From Bradymonadia bacterium (GTDB lineage: Bacteria > Myxococcota_A > Bradymonadia > UBA7976 > UBA1532), in the NCBI GenBank assembly GCA_046290225.1, contig JBKAGE010000038.1, positions 224,001 to 288,000 of the forward strand: a DNA stretch of 64,000 bases. Reading direction: 5' to 3'. A program made the translations under genes and the position numbers. The notes below the pieces were generated by a model, which was given only the letters and a program-made list of their open reading frames with translations, searched no databases and was not told where the DNA came from. Shown in pieces: positions 7,748 to 16,356 of the stretch (position 1 is its first letter; the number at the start of each line of letters is the position of its first letter).

Positions 7748-10554
7748 TCCTGGAAGTTCCCGTCGAGGATCCAGTGGGCCTCGGTGCCGCTCAGGCGCGC
7801 GTTGCGCAACCCGAGGGCCCGGCCCGCTGGGAGCCCGAACTGGCCGAGGCTCTGGGGGATCTCGAACTCGGGCAGAGGCAACGTGGGCAGCCCGTCGTTG
7901 AGGGCCCGGTCGATGACGTTCTGGATGATGCGGGTGAGCGTCTGCTCCAGAATCTCGCGGCTGCGCTGCTGCACCGAAGCCCCACCGAGGCCGAGGTGCA
8001 GCTGCACCACCCGCACCCCGTCGAAGACGATGTCCTTCTCACCCACGAGGCGCACGTTCACCTGCACCTCGGCGGCGACGCTCAAGGGGAACGGCTCGGC
8101 GAAAATGCCCGGGTAGATGACCCCGGCATTCGCAGGGCCCAGGAACACCGTCAGCGTGGACTGTCCGTCGGATCCGATGACCGCCGGTGGCGCCGGCAAG
8201 TCGAAGAAGACCTCGGCACCATCGGGCAAATCAGCAGCGACCCCTTCCACAAGGCCCCCGGCCTCGGCGTCGAAGTAACCCGCTCGCCAGAGCTTGTGCA
8301 GGATCTGATTCAAGAGCGCCACAGCGACAGAGGCCCCCACGGTTCGATCGCCGGGCAGCTGAGGCTGGAAGCTGCCCGGAGGCAGCGGCACCCCAGGGTT
8401 GCGCCCAGCTTGACGGTTGGGCCCCTGCACCCGGGTCTGGATGCCGAAGAGGGCCCGGGCGGGGGTGAAGTCGATGGCAGAAAACTGCGGGGCGATGGTG
8501 AGCCGGACCGGCGCCCCACCGGTGAGGCTGGGCACGTCGAAGCCCTGGGCCAGATCGCCGATGTCGAGGCCGTTGAGCAGGCCCTCGAGGGCGGCGTCGA
8601 TGTTGTCGGTGAGGAAGCCCTCCAAGGCGTCGACCACCGTACGGCGAATCAACCCCTCGAAGGCCTCGAAGGCCAGCTCGAGGATGAAGCCCGTGATGAA
8701 GCCGCTGAAGTCCGCATCGAGATCGCCCACGTCGACCCGGTCCAGAGAGCGCAGGCTCACCGTGGGGTTGCCGTCGAAGCGGCGGCCGATGTCGAAGGTC
8801 AGGCCGATGGTGATACGTCGGGCGATGATGCGGGCGCGGTTGCCCAACGTGCCTCGCAGGCGGGCTCGGACCTCGAGGTTGATGACCGTGGCCTCGACCT
8901 GCAGACCGCCGTCTACCAGCGTGAGGCGCAGAGTGTTGGGGCCGCCGATGCCCAGGCCCTCATAGTCGACGCCGAAGCGGAAGAGGCACACCCCGAGCAC
9001 CCGGGTGCGACATTCGTTGCGCACGATGGGGTTCTGGGCCAGGGCCGCCTGATTCACCGTGTCGATCAGGCCCTGGCTATTGAGGATCCGCCTCAGCACG
9101 TCGGAGATGCTGCTGATGGGGTTGTCGGGGGCGCCGTCGTCGATGGCGCCCTGGCCCAGGCGCAGCACCAGGGCGTCCGCGAGGGGAGACTGCTCGGAGA
9201 GGAAGTCGTCAGAGGCGAAGTAGGCGCAGAGCTGGCTGTTCTCGTTGCCGTTCTCGTCGACGGCCACCACCTCGTGCACGTTGAGGCCCCAGCGCACCGG
9301 CCGGGCGATGGACCACTGCCCCTCGGCGCTCAGAGGCACCGGCTCGCCATCTACGGTGACCGAGTCGATGGCGGCGACGTCGGCCACCCGACCCTGGACC
9401 ACGAGCTGGCCATTCTCAGGGCGGTAGAGCACCTCACCTGGGGCGGGCCGATCACAGATGATGCCCGGGCCACCGAGATCCACGAGGATCTCCTCTTCGG
9501 CGGTGAGCTCCACGCCCCCTTGGGTCTCTCCCTCGACTGTGGCCGACAGAATGTAGCGACCTTCACGAGCAGCCTGATAGCGGCCAAAGCCGAAGTCGGG
9601 CAGCTGAGGCTCGGCGTCGTGCACGATGGGCACCCCGATGAGGGGGTTGTCGAAGCGATCGGTGACGATGGTGGTCAGCTCCACCACGTTGCCCACCTGA
9701 TAGACCGGCCGCTCGGGGAACGCCGCCACGCTCAAGCGCGCAGGCAGCCCAGGGCGCACCTGCAGGGCTACCCCCGGCGCCGACTCTGCCCCAGGGGAGA
9801 CACAGGTCACGTCGAACACACCGGCGCTGGTGATGCGGAAACGATCATTGGGTCGACCCTCGAGGCCTGCTGGCGGCGGGTCGATGCCGATGAGCGGATC
9901 GCCCATCAAGTCGTCGGCGTCGATCTCGTTGCCGTAGTCGTCGAAGACCCTGCACGTGATCTCGACTTCATCTCCAGCGTTGATGTCATCGTCGCTGATC
10001 TCGGCGACAGCCACCGCAGGGGCCGCAGAGGTCACCGTCCAGTCCGCGGGGGTCGGATCCCGCAACCCCAGCGCCGGTGCAGTACACACCAGCCGGTAGT
10101 CTCGGGCGATCTCGCCGACGAGGCCGTCTTCTGTAACCTCGAAGCCGTTGTCGGGGTGCACCTCCACGAGGGTCTCGTGACCTGTGATGGGCGCCCCCTG
10201 TTGATCGAGCACCTGACACGTGACCCGGTTCTCCAGGCCCGCCGGGGTGCGTCTCTCCCCCACCCGGGTCTCCACGGCGAAGGGCACCTGTTCGAAGTTC
10301 GCCGCGTCGGGCCAGGCGTCGGCGAGCTCGGCGTCGGCCATCTCTCCAGTACCGCCAGCATCGAACATGCCCGCGTCCTCGGGGCCCATCTGCTCGGGGC
10401 TCATGTCCGGACGTCGGAACTGGGGTCCGCCAGAGTTGTCCTCCGGGCGGGCCTGATCGTCCTGGCAGCCCATGAAGGCTGCCGTGAGCGCCAGCACACC
10501 CAACAGGGAGGGCCAGCGATGGATCAGCGGAGCAGATCGACCGGGGTGTTTCAT
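7744..10554 (-). CDS. lipoprotein with multiple Ig-like domains and a BPI/LBP (TULIP)-like C-terminal region; paralogue of the downstream gene
   Basis: Lipobox FMGC; WGLNVHEVVAVD, ALVLRLGQGAIDD and SVAVALLNQILHKLWRAGYF; 4-bp overlap with the paralogue. Confidence 0.6.
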   Translation of the reverse strand: MKHPGRSAPLIHRWPSLLGVLALTAAFMGCQDDQARPEDNSGGPQFRRPDMSPEQMGPEDAGMFDAGGTGEMADAELADAWPDAANFEQVPFAVETRVGERRTPAGLENRVTCQVLDQQGAPITGHETLVEVHPDNGFEVTEDGLVGEIARDYRLVCTAPALGLRDPTPADWTVTSAAPAVAVAEISDDDINAGDEVEITCRVFDDYGNEIDADDLMGDPLIGIDPPPAGLEGRPNDRFRITSAGVFDVTCVSPGAESAPGVALQVRPGLPARLSVAAFPERPVYQVGNVVELTTIVTDRFDNPLIGVPIVHDAEPQLPDFGFGRYQAAREGRYILSATVEGETQGGVELTAEEEILVDLGGPGIICDRPAPGEVLYRPENGQLVVQGRVADVAAIDSVTVDGEPVPLSAEGQWSIARPVRWGLNVHEVVAVDENGNENSQLCAYFASDDFLSEQSPLADALVLRLGQGAIDDGAPDNPISSISDVLRRILNSQGLIDTVNQAALAQNPIVRNECRTRVLGVCLFRFGVDYEGLGIGGPNTLRLTLVDGGLQVEATVINLEVRARLRGTLGNRARIIARRITIGLTFDIGRRFDGNPTVSLRSLDRVDVGDLDADFSGFITGFILELAFEAFEGLIRRTVVDALEGFLTDNIDAALEGLLNGLDIGDLAQGFDVPSLTGGAPVRLTIAPQFSAIDFTPARALFGIQTRVQGPNRQAGRNPGVPLPPGSFQPQLPGDRTVGASVAVALLNQILHKLWRAGYFDAEAGGLVEGVAADLPDGAEVFFDLPAPPAVIGSDGQSTLTVFLGPANAGVIYPGIFAEPFPLSVAAEVQVNVRLVGEKDIVFDGVRVVQLHLGLGGASVQQRSREILEQTLTRIIQNVIDRALNDGLPTLPLPEFEIPQSLGQFGLPAGRALGLRNARLSGTEAHWILDGNFQE

Positions 10555-10762
10555 GCAGTCACCACAAAGAAGAGGGTCAGTTCAGCGCGCCCAGCGGGGG
10601 CGGGCTCAGCGGTTCGCACCATAGCGCATCGGCCACAGATGGGGCGAGACGAGGCCCCCTCCAGGTAGACTTTACGCCCGGCACGCATTCCCCCTACCCC
10701 CCGAAAATGCCTCGTTATACTCGCCCGTGAACCCCTGGAGCACCCCCAAGAGGTCCTCATAG

Positions 10763-11146
10763 ATGCCGAGCGGATCGCAGTCAGATCGCACCCCTGAGCC
10801 CTCGCCAGCGTCGCCCATTCGGCGGGCGCCCATGGCAGTGGTGAAGGCTGTGGGCCCCTCAGGGCTGTGGCGGGTGCCGCGGAAGATGAAGCTCTTCTCG
10901 TGCACAGGGGGCGAGATCATCGATTTGCGCGAAGCGATCCTGCCGGCGGGGCCTGATCCCACGGTGATCCACTGCTTCTTGTTCATGGGGGTGGGGCACA
11001 TTCGCGTGCCGGATGGCATCTACGTCGAGGTCGAGCGCAAGGCGTTCTTCAAATCAGGCGCGCCGAACCGGCAGCCCCCTTCAGGCAAGGCCCCCTGGCT
11101 ACGCATCGTGGGCTGCAGCCTCTTTGGCCGCCTCAAGGTGAGCTGA
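10763..11146 (+). CDS. LiaF C-terminal / DUF2154-like beta-rich domain protein
   Basis: Pattern GLWRVP...IDLREAIL...FMGVGHIRVPDGIYVEV...PWLRIVGCSLFG. Start is uncertain. Confidence 0.55.
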   Translation: MPSGSQSDRTPEPSPASPIRRAPMAVVKAVGPSGLWRVPRKMKLFSCTGGEIIDLREAILPAGPDPTVIHCFLFMGVGHIRVPDGIYVEVERKAFFKSGAPNRQPPSGKAPWLRIVGCSLFGRLKVS

Positions 11147-11160
11147 GCGTCAGAGCGCCC

Positions 11161-12051
11161 TCAGAGGGTGTCGGAGTCAGGTCGCCCGAGCCGACCATAG
11201 AGCCCCTTCCGGCTCAGCACATATCCATGCTTGCGGAACAGGTAGGCCAGCCCCTTGGCGTGGCTGAAGGTGCTCTTCTTGATGGGCAGCCCACGAGAGA
11301 TCTCCTGAGCGTCGTGCACCACGGTGGCTGCAGGCTCGTAGACGATGCGATAGCCCGACTGCCAGACCCGCACGCAATAGTCGACGTCTTCGGGAGAATA
11401 GAAGATGGCCTCGTCGAAGACCCCCGTGGCCTCGACGGCCTCACGGCTGAGCATCCAAAAAGCAGAGATGGCGTAGTCGACAAGGTGGGCCTCGGTAGGG
11501 GGGGCGTTCTTGTCGTGGGCGCGCTCCATGGCTTTGAGGCCGAGGTAGCGCTGCACTTTGCGGGGCAACGTGGGGAACACGTCGGTGCTCAGCTGAAACC
11601 GCCCGTCGGGGTAGGTGAGCATGGGCACCACCATGCCGTTGCGGGGGTCCTCCTCGAGGCGGGCGATGAGGGTTTCGAAGGTGCCGGGGGGGATCGTCAC
11701 CACATCGGAGTCGATGACCACCACGTACTTCCCCGTGAGGGCCCGCAAGGCCACGTTCCTTGAGAAGGTGGTGCCCGTGTTGCCGCCGAAGAAGATGGGC
11801 CGCACGCGATCGGGCTCTTTCTCACGCCACGCCTTGAGCATCTCGACGCTGCCGTCTTTCGACCCGTTGTCGATGATCCAGATCTCGTCGTGATGACCGG
11901 GCCCACCCTCGGCGGCGCTGTGATCGAAGGCGGCGAGAAGCGCCCCGATGCTGTGGTCGAGGTATTTCGCGGAGTTGTAGGACAACATCACGCAGGAGAT
12001 GCGCGTCTCCCTGCTCTTCTCGGTCTGGGCCCCAGCGCTGGCCTTGCTCAT
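11161..12051 (-). CDS. glycosyltransferase family 2
   Basis: ISCVMLSYN, IIDNGSKDGS, DxD motif (IDSD), FDEAIFYSPEDVDYC. Confidence 0.92.
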   Translation of the reverse strand: MSKASAGAQTEKSRETRISCVMLSYNSAKYLDHSIGALLAAFDHSAAEGGPGHHDEIWIIDNGSKDGSVEMLKAWREKEPDRVRPIFFGGNTGTTFSRNVALRALTGKYVVVIDSDVVTIPPGTFETLIARLEEDPRNGMVVPMLTYPDGRFQLSTDVFPTLPRKVQRYLGLKAMERAHDKNAPPTEAHLVDYAISAFWMLSREAVEATGVFDEAIFYSPEDVDYCVRVWQSGYRIVYEPAATVVHDAQEISRGLPIKKSTFSHAKGLAYLFRKHGYVLSRKGLYGRLGRPDSDTL

Positions 12052-12162
12052 GAATGCTCCCTCAAGCGTATGCGGCGCTCAAACTGTCAGATCTGCCGCC
12101 TGAGGGCAATCGGATGGATCGCCAGAACACGTAAGGGCATTTGATGTGGAGACCGCAGGCCC

Positions 12163-13050
12163 TCAGAACTTACCGTTCTGGTTCTTCCAGGCCGACTGAG
12201 GCGGAATCGCCTCAATCGTGTCCCAGTGCTCGACGATTTTGCCGTTGTCGACGCGAAACAGATCATAGAAGGCCACGTGCTTGCCCATGAACTCGCCCTC
12301 GCTCACCGCAAGCACGAAGTGCCCCTCACCGAGGATCTTGTGATTCTGGGTGTACTTCATGGGGGTGCCTGCCTTGGCGAGGGCCTCAAGGGCCTTGCCC
12401 AGGCCTGAGAGCCCGTCAGCCACGCCAGGGTTGTGCTGCGTGTAGCGTTCGCCCTCGATGTACTTGGGCATGGTGTCCATCTTCCCGTTCATCAAGATGT
12501 CGTCGACAAAACCCTTCACCAGGGCCTTATTGGCCTCGGTCTTCTCTCGATCGACCACCTCGGTGGGTCCGTCGGTCATGGTGTGACCGCTGGGGTTGGG
12601 CCCCTTGGGGGCCTCTTGCAGGTTGTCCCAGTGCTCCACGATCTTGCCTTGCTCAAAGCGGAAGATGTCGAAGCCGATCTTGGGACCAAAGAAGTCATAC
12701 TCGGAATGAGCCACCACGTAGTCACCATCTTGGAACACCCGCACGGTGTTGACCCTTGCGGAGCCCTTGGGCAGCTGGGCCAAGACGGCGCCAAAGCCCT
12801 CGATGCCATCACCGACGGCGAGATTGTGCTGGATGTACTTCTTGGGATTGATCACCGCCGCCGGGCCTTGCTCACCGGTCTCGATCGACTTGAGCAGCGA
12901 CTTCACCTGGATCTTCTGATTCGACATTGCAGCCTCTTGGGTGTTCTGACTGTGGGCCGTTCCGGCGCAGCCTGTACTGAAGGCCAAGGTGGTACCCACA
13001 GCAAAGGCCAGAGCGGCGCGAGGGACGAAGGTCGTGTTGAGTGTGTACAT
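12163..13050 (-). CDS. SnoaL-like / NTF2-family lipoprotein with tandem domains
   Basis: Duplicated YxQHN...DG and FxxFRxxxGKIVEHWD motifs; lipobox-like STGC. Confidence 0.9.
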   Translation of the reverse strand: MYTLNTTFVPRAALAFAVGTTLAFSTGCAGTAHSQNTQEAAMSNQKIQVKSLLKSIETGEQGPAAVINPKKYIQHNLAVGDGIEGFGAVLAQLPKGSARVNTVRVFQDGDYVVAHSEYDFFGPKIGFDIFRFEQGKIVEHWDNLQEAPKGPNPSGHTMTDGPTEVVDREKTEANKALVKGFVDDILMNGKMDTMPKYIEGERYTQHNPGVADGLSGLGKALEALAKAGTPMKYTQNHKILGEGHFVLAVSEGEFMGKHVAFYDLFRVDNGKIVEHWDTIEAIPPQSAWKNQNGKF

Positions 13051-13164
13051 GGCGTAGTTCCTCTGGGTCGGACACGGCTCCAGAGGTAGACCTTGCCACC
13101 TCTGTTGTCACGCTCATGTACTTCAACCTAAAATGAGCAACGCTCAACTTACGTAAGTCTCCCC

Positions 13165-14106
13165 ATGCCGGACGATCGCAACCCCCTCGCGGGCATCAAT
13201 CTGAACCTGTTTCCAGTCCTCGACGCGCTGCTCAAACACCGCAGCGGTGCCCAAGCGGCGGCGGCCCTCGGGGTCACCCCCTCGGCCATCAGCCATTCGC
13301 TCAGAGAGCTGCGCGCGATCTTCGACGATCCACTGTTCCTCAGGATGAAGGGTGGGCTGGTGCCTACGGCCCGGGCTCTCGATCTCGAGCCTGCGATCAG
13401 GGCGAGCCTCGGCGCCCTCGGTGGCACGCTGCAGGGTCATTCGACCTTCGAGCCTGCGCAGTCAGGCAAGCGCTGTACTCTGGCCATGGGCGACTCGCTC
13501 GGGCCCACGGTGGTGCCCGCCTTCACCAGACGGGTCATGCGTCAAGCCCCAGGCATGGTGCTCGACTTTCGCATGCAAGAGTCACCGGCAGAGGCACTGC
13601 TCGCCAACAACACAGCCGATCTGGTGGTGCATCTCTCTCAAGATCGACCGAGCTGGGTCGGCAGAGCGGTGCTCTACACAGATCACATGATGTGTCTCGT
13701 CAGGTCGGATCACCCCACCCTGCACGGGCACCTCACCCTCGATGACTACCTCTCACATGTTCACGTGCGTGTCTCTCCAGACGGTTTTGGGCCCAGCGCC
13801 GTGGATCACTACCTGGCAGAGCAGGGTCTGAGGCGTCGCATCTCAGCCTTCACTGGCTCGTTCACCATGGCCCCGGAGATCGTGGCGGTCACCGACGCGA
13901 TTCTCACCTTGCCGAGTCGGCTGGCCCAGGCGATGGCCTCTCGTCTCGACCTTCAGCAGCTGCCGCCTCCCCTTGAGTTCCCAAGCTTCACCATCGAAGT
14001 CATCTGGCACCGTGGCTACACGGACGACGCCCTGGAATGGATACGCGCTCAGCTTCATCAGGCTGCGGATGAGGTGTTCGGCGAGGGTCGGGTCACCACT
14101 CAGTGA
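13165..14106 (+). CDS. LysR family transcriptional regulator, divergent from the SnoaL gene
   Basis: HTH NLNLFPVLDALL...AAAALGVTPSAISHSLRELRAIFDDPLF and a C-terminal effector domain. Confidence 0.95.
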   Translation: MPDDRNPLAGINLNLFPVLDALLKHRSGAQAAAALGVTPSAISHSLRELRAIFDDPLFLRMKGGLVPTARALDLEPAIRASLGALGGTLQGHSTFEPAQSGKRCTLAMGDSLGPTVVPAFTRRVMRQAPGMVLDFRMQESPAEALLANNTADLVVHLSQDRPSWVGRAVLYTDHMMCLVRSDHPTLHGHLTLDDYLSHVHVRVSPDGFGPSAVDHYLAEQGLRRRISAFTGSFTMAPEIVAVTDAILTLPSRLAQAMASRLDLQQLPPPLEFPSFTIEVIWHRGYTDDALEWIRAQLHQAADEVFGEGRVTTQ

Positions 14107-14167
14107 TTGAAGCAGTGATGTGAAGACCTCTTCCTGAATGGACACATGAGTCATATCGGCATCACAG

Positions 14168-14992
14168 TCAGCGACTCTTGGACTCCAGCCAGGCCTTGGT
14201 GAACATGTTCGCAGGCAGGGGCTTGAGGGCCACCTGTTTGAAGGCGATGGTGGTGCGGTTCCCCTTCTCCACCTCGTCGTAGATCCTGATCTCGAGGGGG
14301 TAGTGCACCTCGGCCCCCTTGGTCTCGCTGAAGACCTTGGACCATTTGGGGTAGTAGAGCGTGCGCATCAACCGACCGCTCAACGCCCGTTCCTGTTGCT
14401 TGAGCGTGTTCTCGCTCTCGGCGTCGACCCACACCTCGATCACCGGATAGGCCACATCGACACCCGCTTTGGCCTCGAGCTTGATGTGCCATGTCTTGAA
14501 GCGGCCCAGGGTCTCGGTGCCCATATAGGTGGCGTTGAAGTCCTTCGACAGATCGACCACGTCGAAGTCAGCCCGGCGAGAGTCGGTGCCGCCGATGCGC
14601 TCACGCTCGGTTCTACGCTCCCACTTGCCGGTGTTCGGATCGTACATCCAGAGGTTGCGCTCGATGCGCAGGTAGCCCTTGCCTGCTTCCGCCCGAGGGT
14701 TGGTGAAGAGGATCATGAACCGCTCGTCCTCGTCACGGCGGTAGATCATGGCCTCGTAGACCAGGTCGTTCTTGTTCTTCTCTTTTTGCTCAATGAAGGC
14801 CAGCGAGGCGTAGTCCCCCACTGAGCGACGTCGCTCGTCCATCCGGACAAGCAACGCTTGGAGCTGCTCTGCGCCAAGGGCCTCGTCCTGTGCAGGGGCC
14901 TGGCCATCGGCCTTCGCTGGGGCAGGGTCCTGGGCCATAGAAGCAACAGGCATCGCGGCGAGCATCATCAAGGCGAGCGTCAATGAGCGCAT
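14168..14992 (-). CDS. outer membrane lipoprotein-sorting protein (LolA-like)
   Basis: Signal peptide; FTNPRAEAGKGYLRIERNLWMYDP...RIGGTDSRRADF; last gene of the ABC operon. Confidence 0.88.
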   Translation of the reverse strand: MRSLTLALMMLAAMPVASMAQDPAPAKADGQAPAQDEALGAEQLQALLVRMDERRRSVGDYASLAFIEQKEKNKNDLVYEAMIYRRDEDERFMILFTNPRAEAGKGYLRIERNLWMYDPNTGKWERRTERERIGGTDSRRADFDVVDLSKDFNATYMGTETLGRFKTWHIKLEAKAGVDVAYPVIEVWVDAESENTLKQQERALSGRLMRTLYYPKWSKVFSETKGAEVHYPLEIRIYDEVEKGNRTTIAFKQVALKPLPANMFTKAWLESKSR

Positions 14993-15027
14993 AAATCCTC
15001 CTCAGCCGAGCACACCGGCCGACGACT

Positions 15028-16353
15028 TCAGCCGATGTGATGGATGGCGGTGATGGGGCGCATACGAGCGGCCCGGCGAGCGGGCAGCAGCGCCGCGAGC
15101 GCGGTGATGGTGGTGACCCCGAGGATGGTGGACAGCACATCGCCCGGACCCACGGCGAAGAACAGCCGATCGCTCATCAGCACCACCTGAAAGGCCTCCA
15201 TGGGGATGTGCACCCCTGCGGAATTCACCGCGGACCCCACGGCCCAGGCGAGCAAGGCTCCGGCCCCAGAGGCCAGGGCGCCGAGCATGCAGGCCTCGAG
15301 CATGAACATCGTCAGCACCCGACCACGGCCCATGCCGATGGCCCGCAGCGTGCCCACCTCACGGGTCCGCTCCCGAATGGCCATGAGCATGGTGTTCAAG
15401 ATGCCCACGATGACGATGGCGGCGAGCACGCTCAAAATCAGCACCCTCAGGGTCTCGAGGCCGGTGACGATCCACAACAGGAAGACGATCTCGTCTCGCC
15501 AGATACTCAAATCCAACCGCTGCCCGGAGAAATCCATGCCCGAGACGGTGCCGAACTTGGTGAAGAAGGGCTGCGGCGAGTAGTCGAGCATGTCGTGGCC
15601 CTTCGCCTTGAGGGCTTCTCTCAGGCGCCCCATGACCGCTGTGGCCTGCTCGGGATCATCGAGATAGATCTGGATCGCCCCAGTGGTGTCGTCCTTGATT
15701 TGATACAGGGTGCGCACCGCGGGCTTGGCGGTGAAGATGTTGAGGTTGGACAACGCCCCGAGATCACGACAGATGGCCACCACGGTGAGGTCGACGGTGT
15801 TGTTCACCCCCTTGAGGGTGGGCGACGACAGCGTCACCCCGTCCCCCACCTTCACCTTGAGGCGCTCCGCCTGGCCGGCGAAGAGCACGGCGGCGCTGGG
15901 CTGCACGAGATCTTCGAGGCGGCCCATGGGCTTGCCATCGGCGTCGGTGGCCAGCTCGAGGACCTCCATGAGGCCCCGCTCCTCTCCGACGTCGACACCG
16001 TTCACCCCCACGAAGAAGCCACCGTCGGCGCTGATGAGCCGTCCGAAGCCCCGCAGCCGGTCGATGACATAGGTGGCCTCGGGCACCTCGGCCTTCACGA
16101 GCTCACGGATCCCCCCCACCCCGGTCACCAGAGGCAAGGCGCCGCCGCCGCTCAGGCGATAGAAGCCGCCAACGTTCACGTGGCCGCTCATCAGCGTGGA
16201 GGCGGCCCGGACCAGGGTCTGCTCCACACCTCGGGTGAGGCCGCCGAGCAACAAGGCCAGCGACGTGAGGATCATGAGGGCCACGGACAACAGCAGAGTG
16301 CGGCGACCGCCCTGAATCAGATTGCGCCACGCGACGCGGATCAGCATGCCCAT
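15028..16353 (-). CDS. ABC transporter permease (FtsX/LolC-E/MacB type)
   Basis: AWRNL, ILNTMLMAIRERTREVGTLRAIGM, PARRAARMRPITAI. Confidence 0.93.
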   Translation of the reverse strand: MGMLIRVAWRNLIQGGRRTLLLSVALMILTSLALLLGGLTRGVEQTLVRAASTLMSGHVNVGGFYRLSGGGALPLVTGVGGIRELVKAEVPEATYVIDRLRGFGRLISADGGFFVGVNGVDVGEERGLMEVLELATDADGKPMGRLEDLVQPSAAVLFAGQAERLKVKVGDGVTLSSPTLKGVNNTVDLTVVAICRDLGALSNLNIFTAKPAVRTLYQIKDDTTGAIQIYLDDPEQATAVMGRLREALKAKGHDMLDYSPQPFFTKFGTVSGMDFSGQRLDLSIWRDEIVFLLWIVTGLETLRVLILSVLAAIVIVGILNTMLMAIRERTREVGTLRAIGMGRGRVLTMFMLEACMLGALASGAGALLAWAVGSAVNSAGVHIPMEAFQVVLMSDRLFFAVGPGDVLSTILGVTTITALAALLPARRAARMRPITAIHHIG

Positions 16354-16356
16354 GAC

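Noticed and set aside
7558..10668. 1036-aa plus-strand ORF and other long antisense ORFs (5474-6922, 15037-17433, 45495-48260, 54056-56503)
   Set aside because: Shadow frames opposite well-supported genes, expected in high-GC DNA, with no recognisable motifs.
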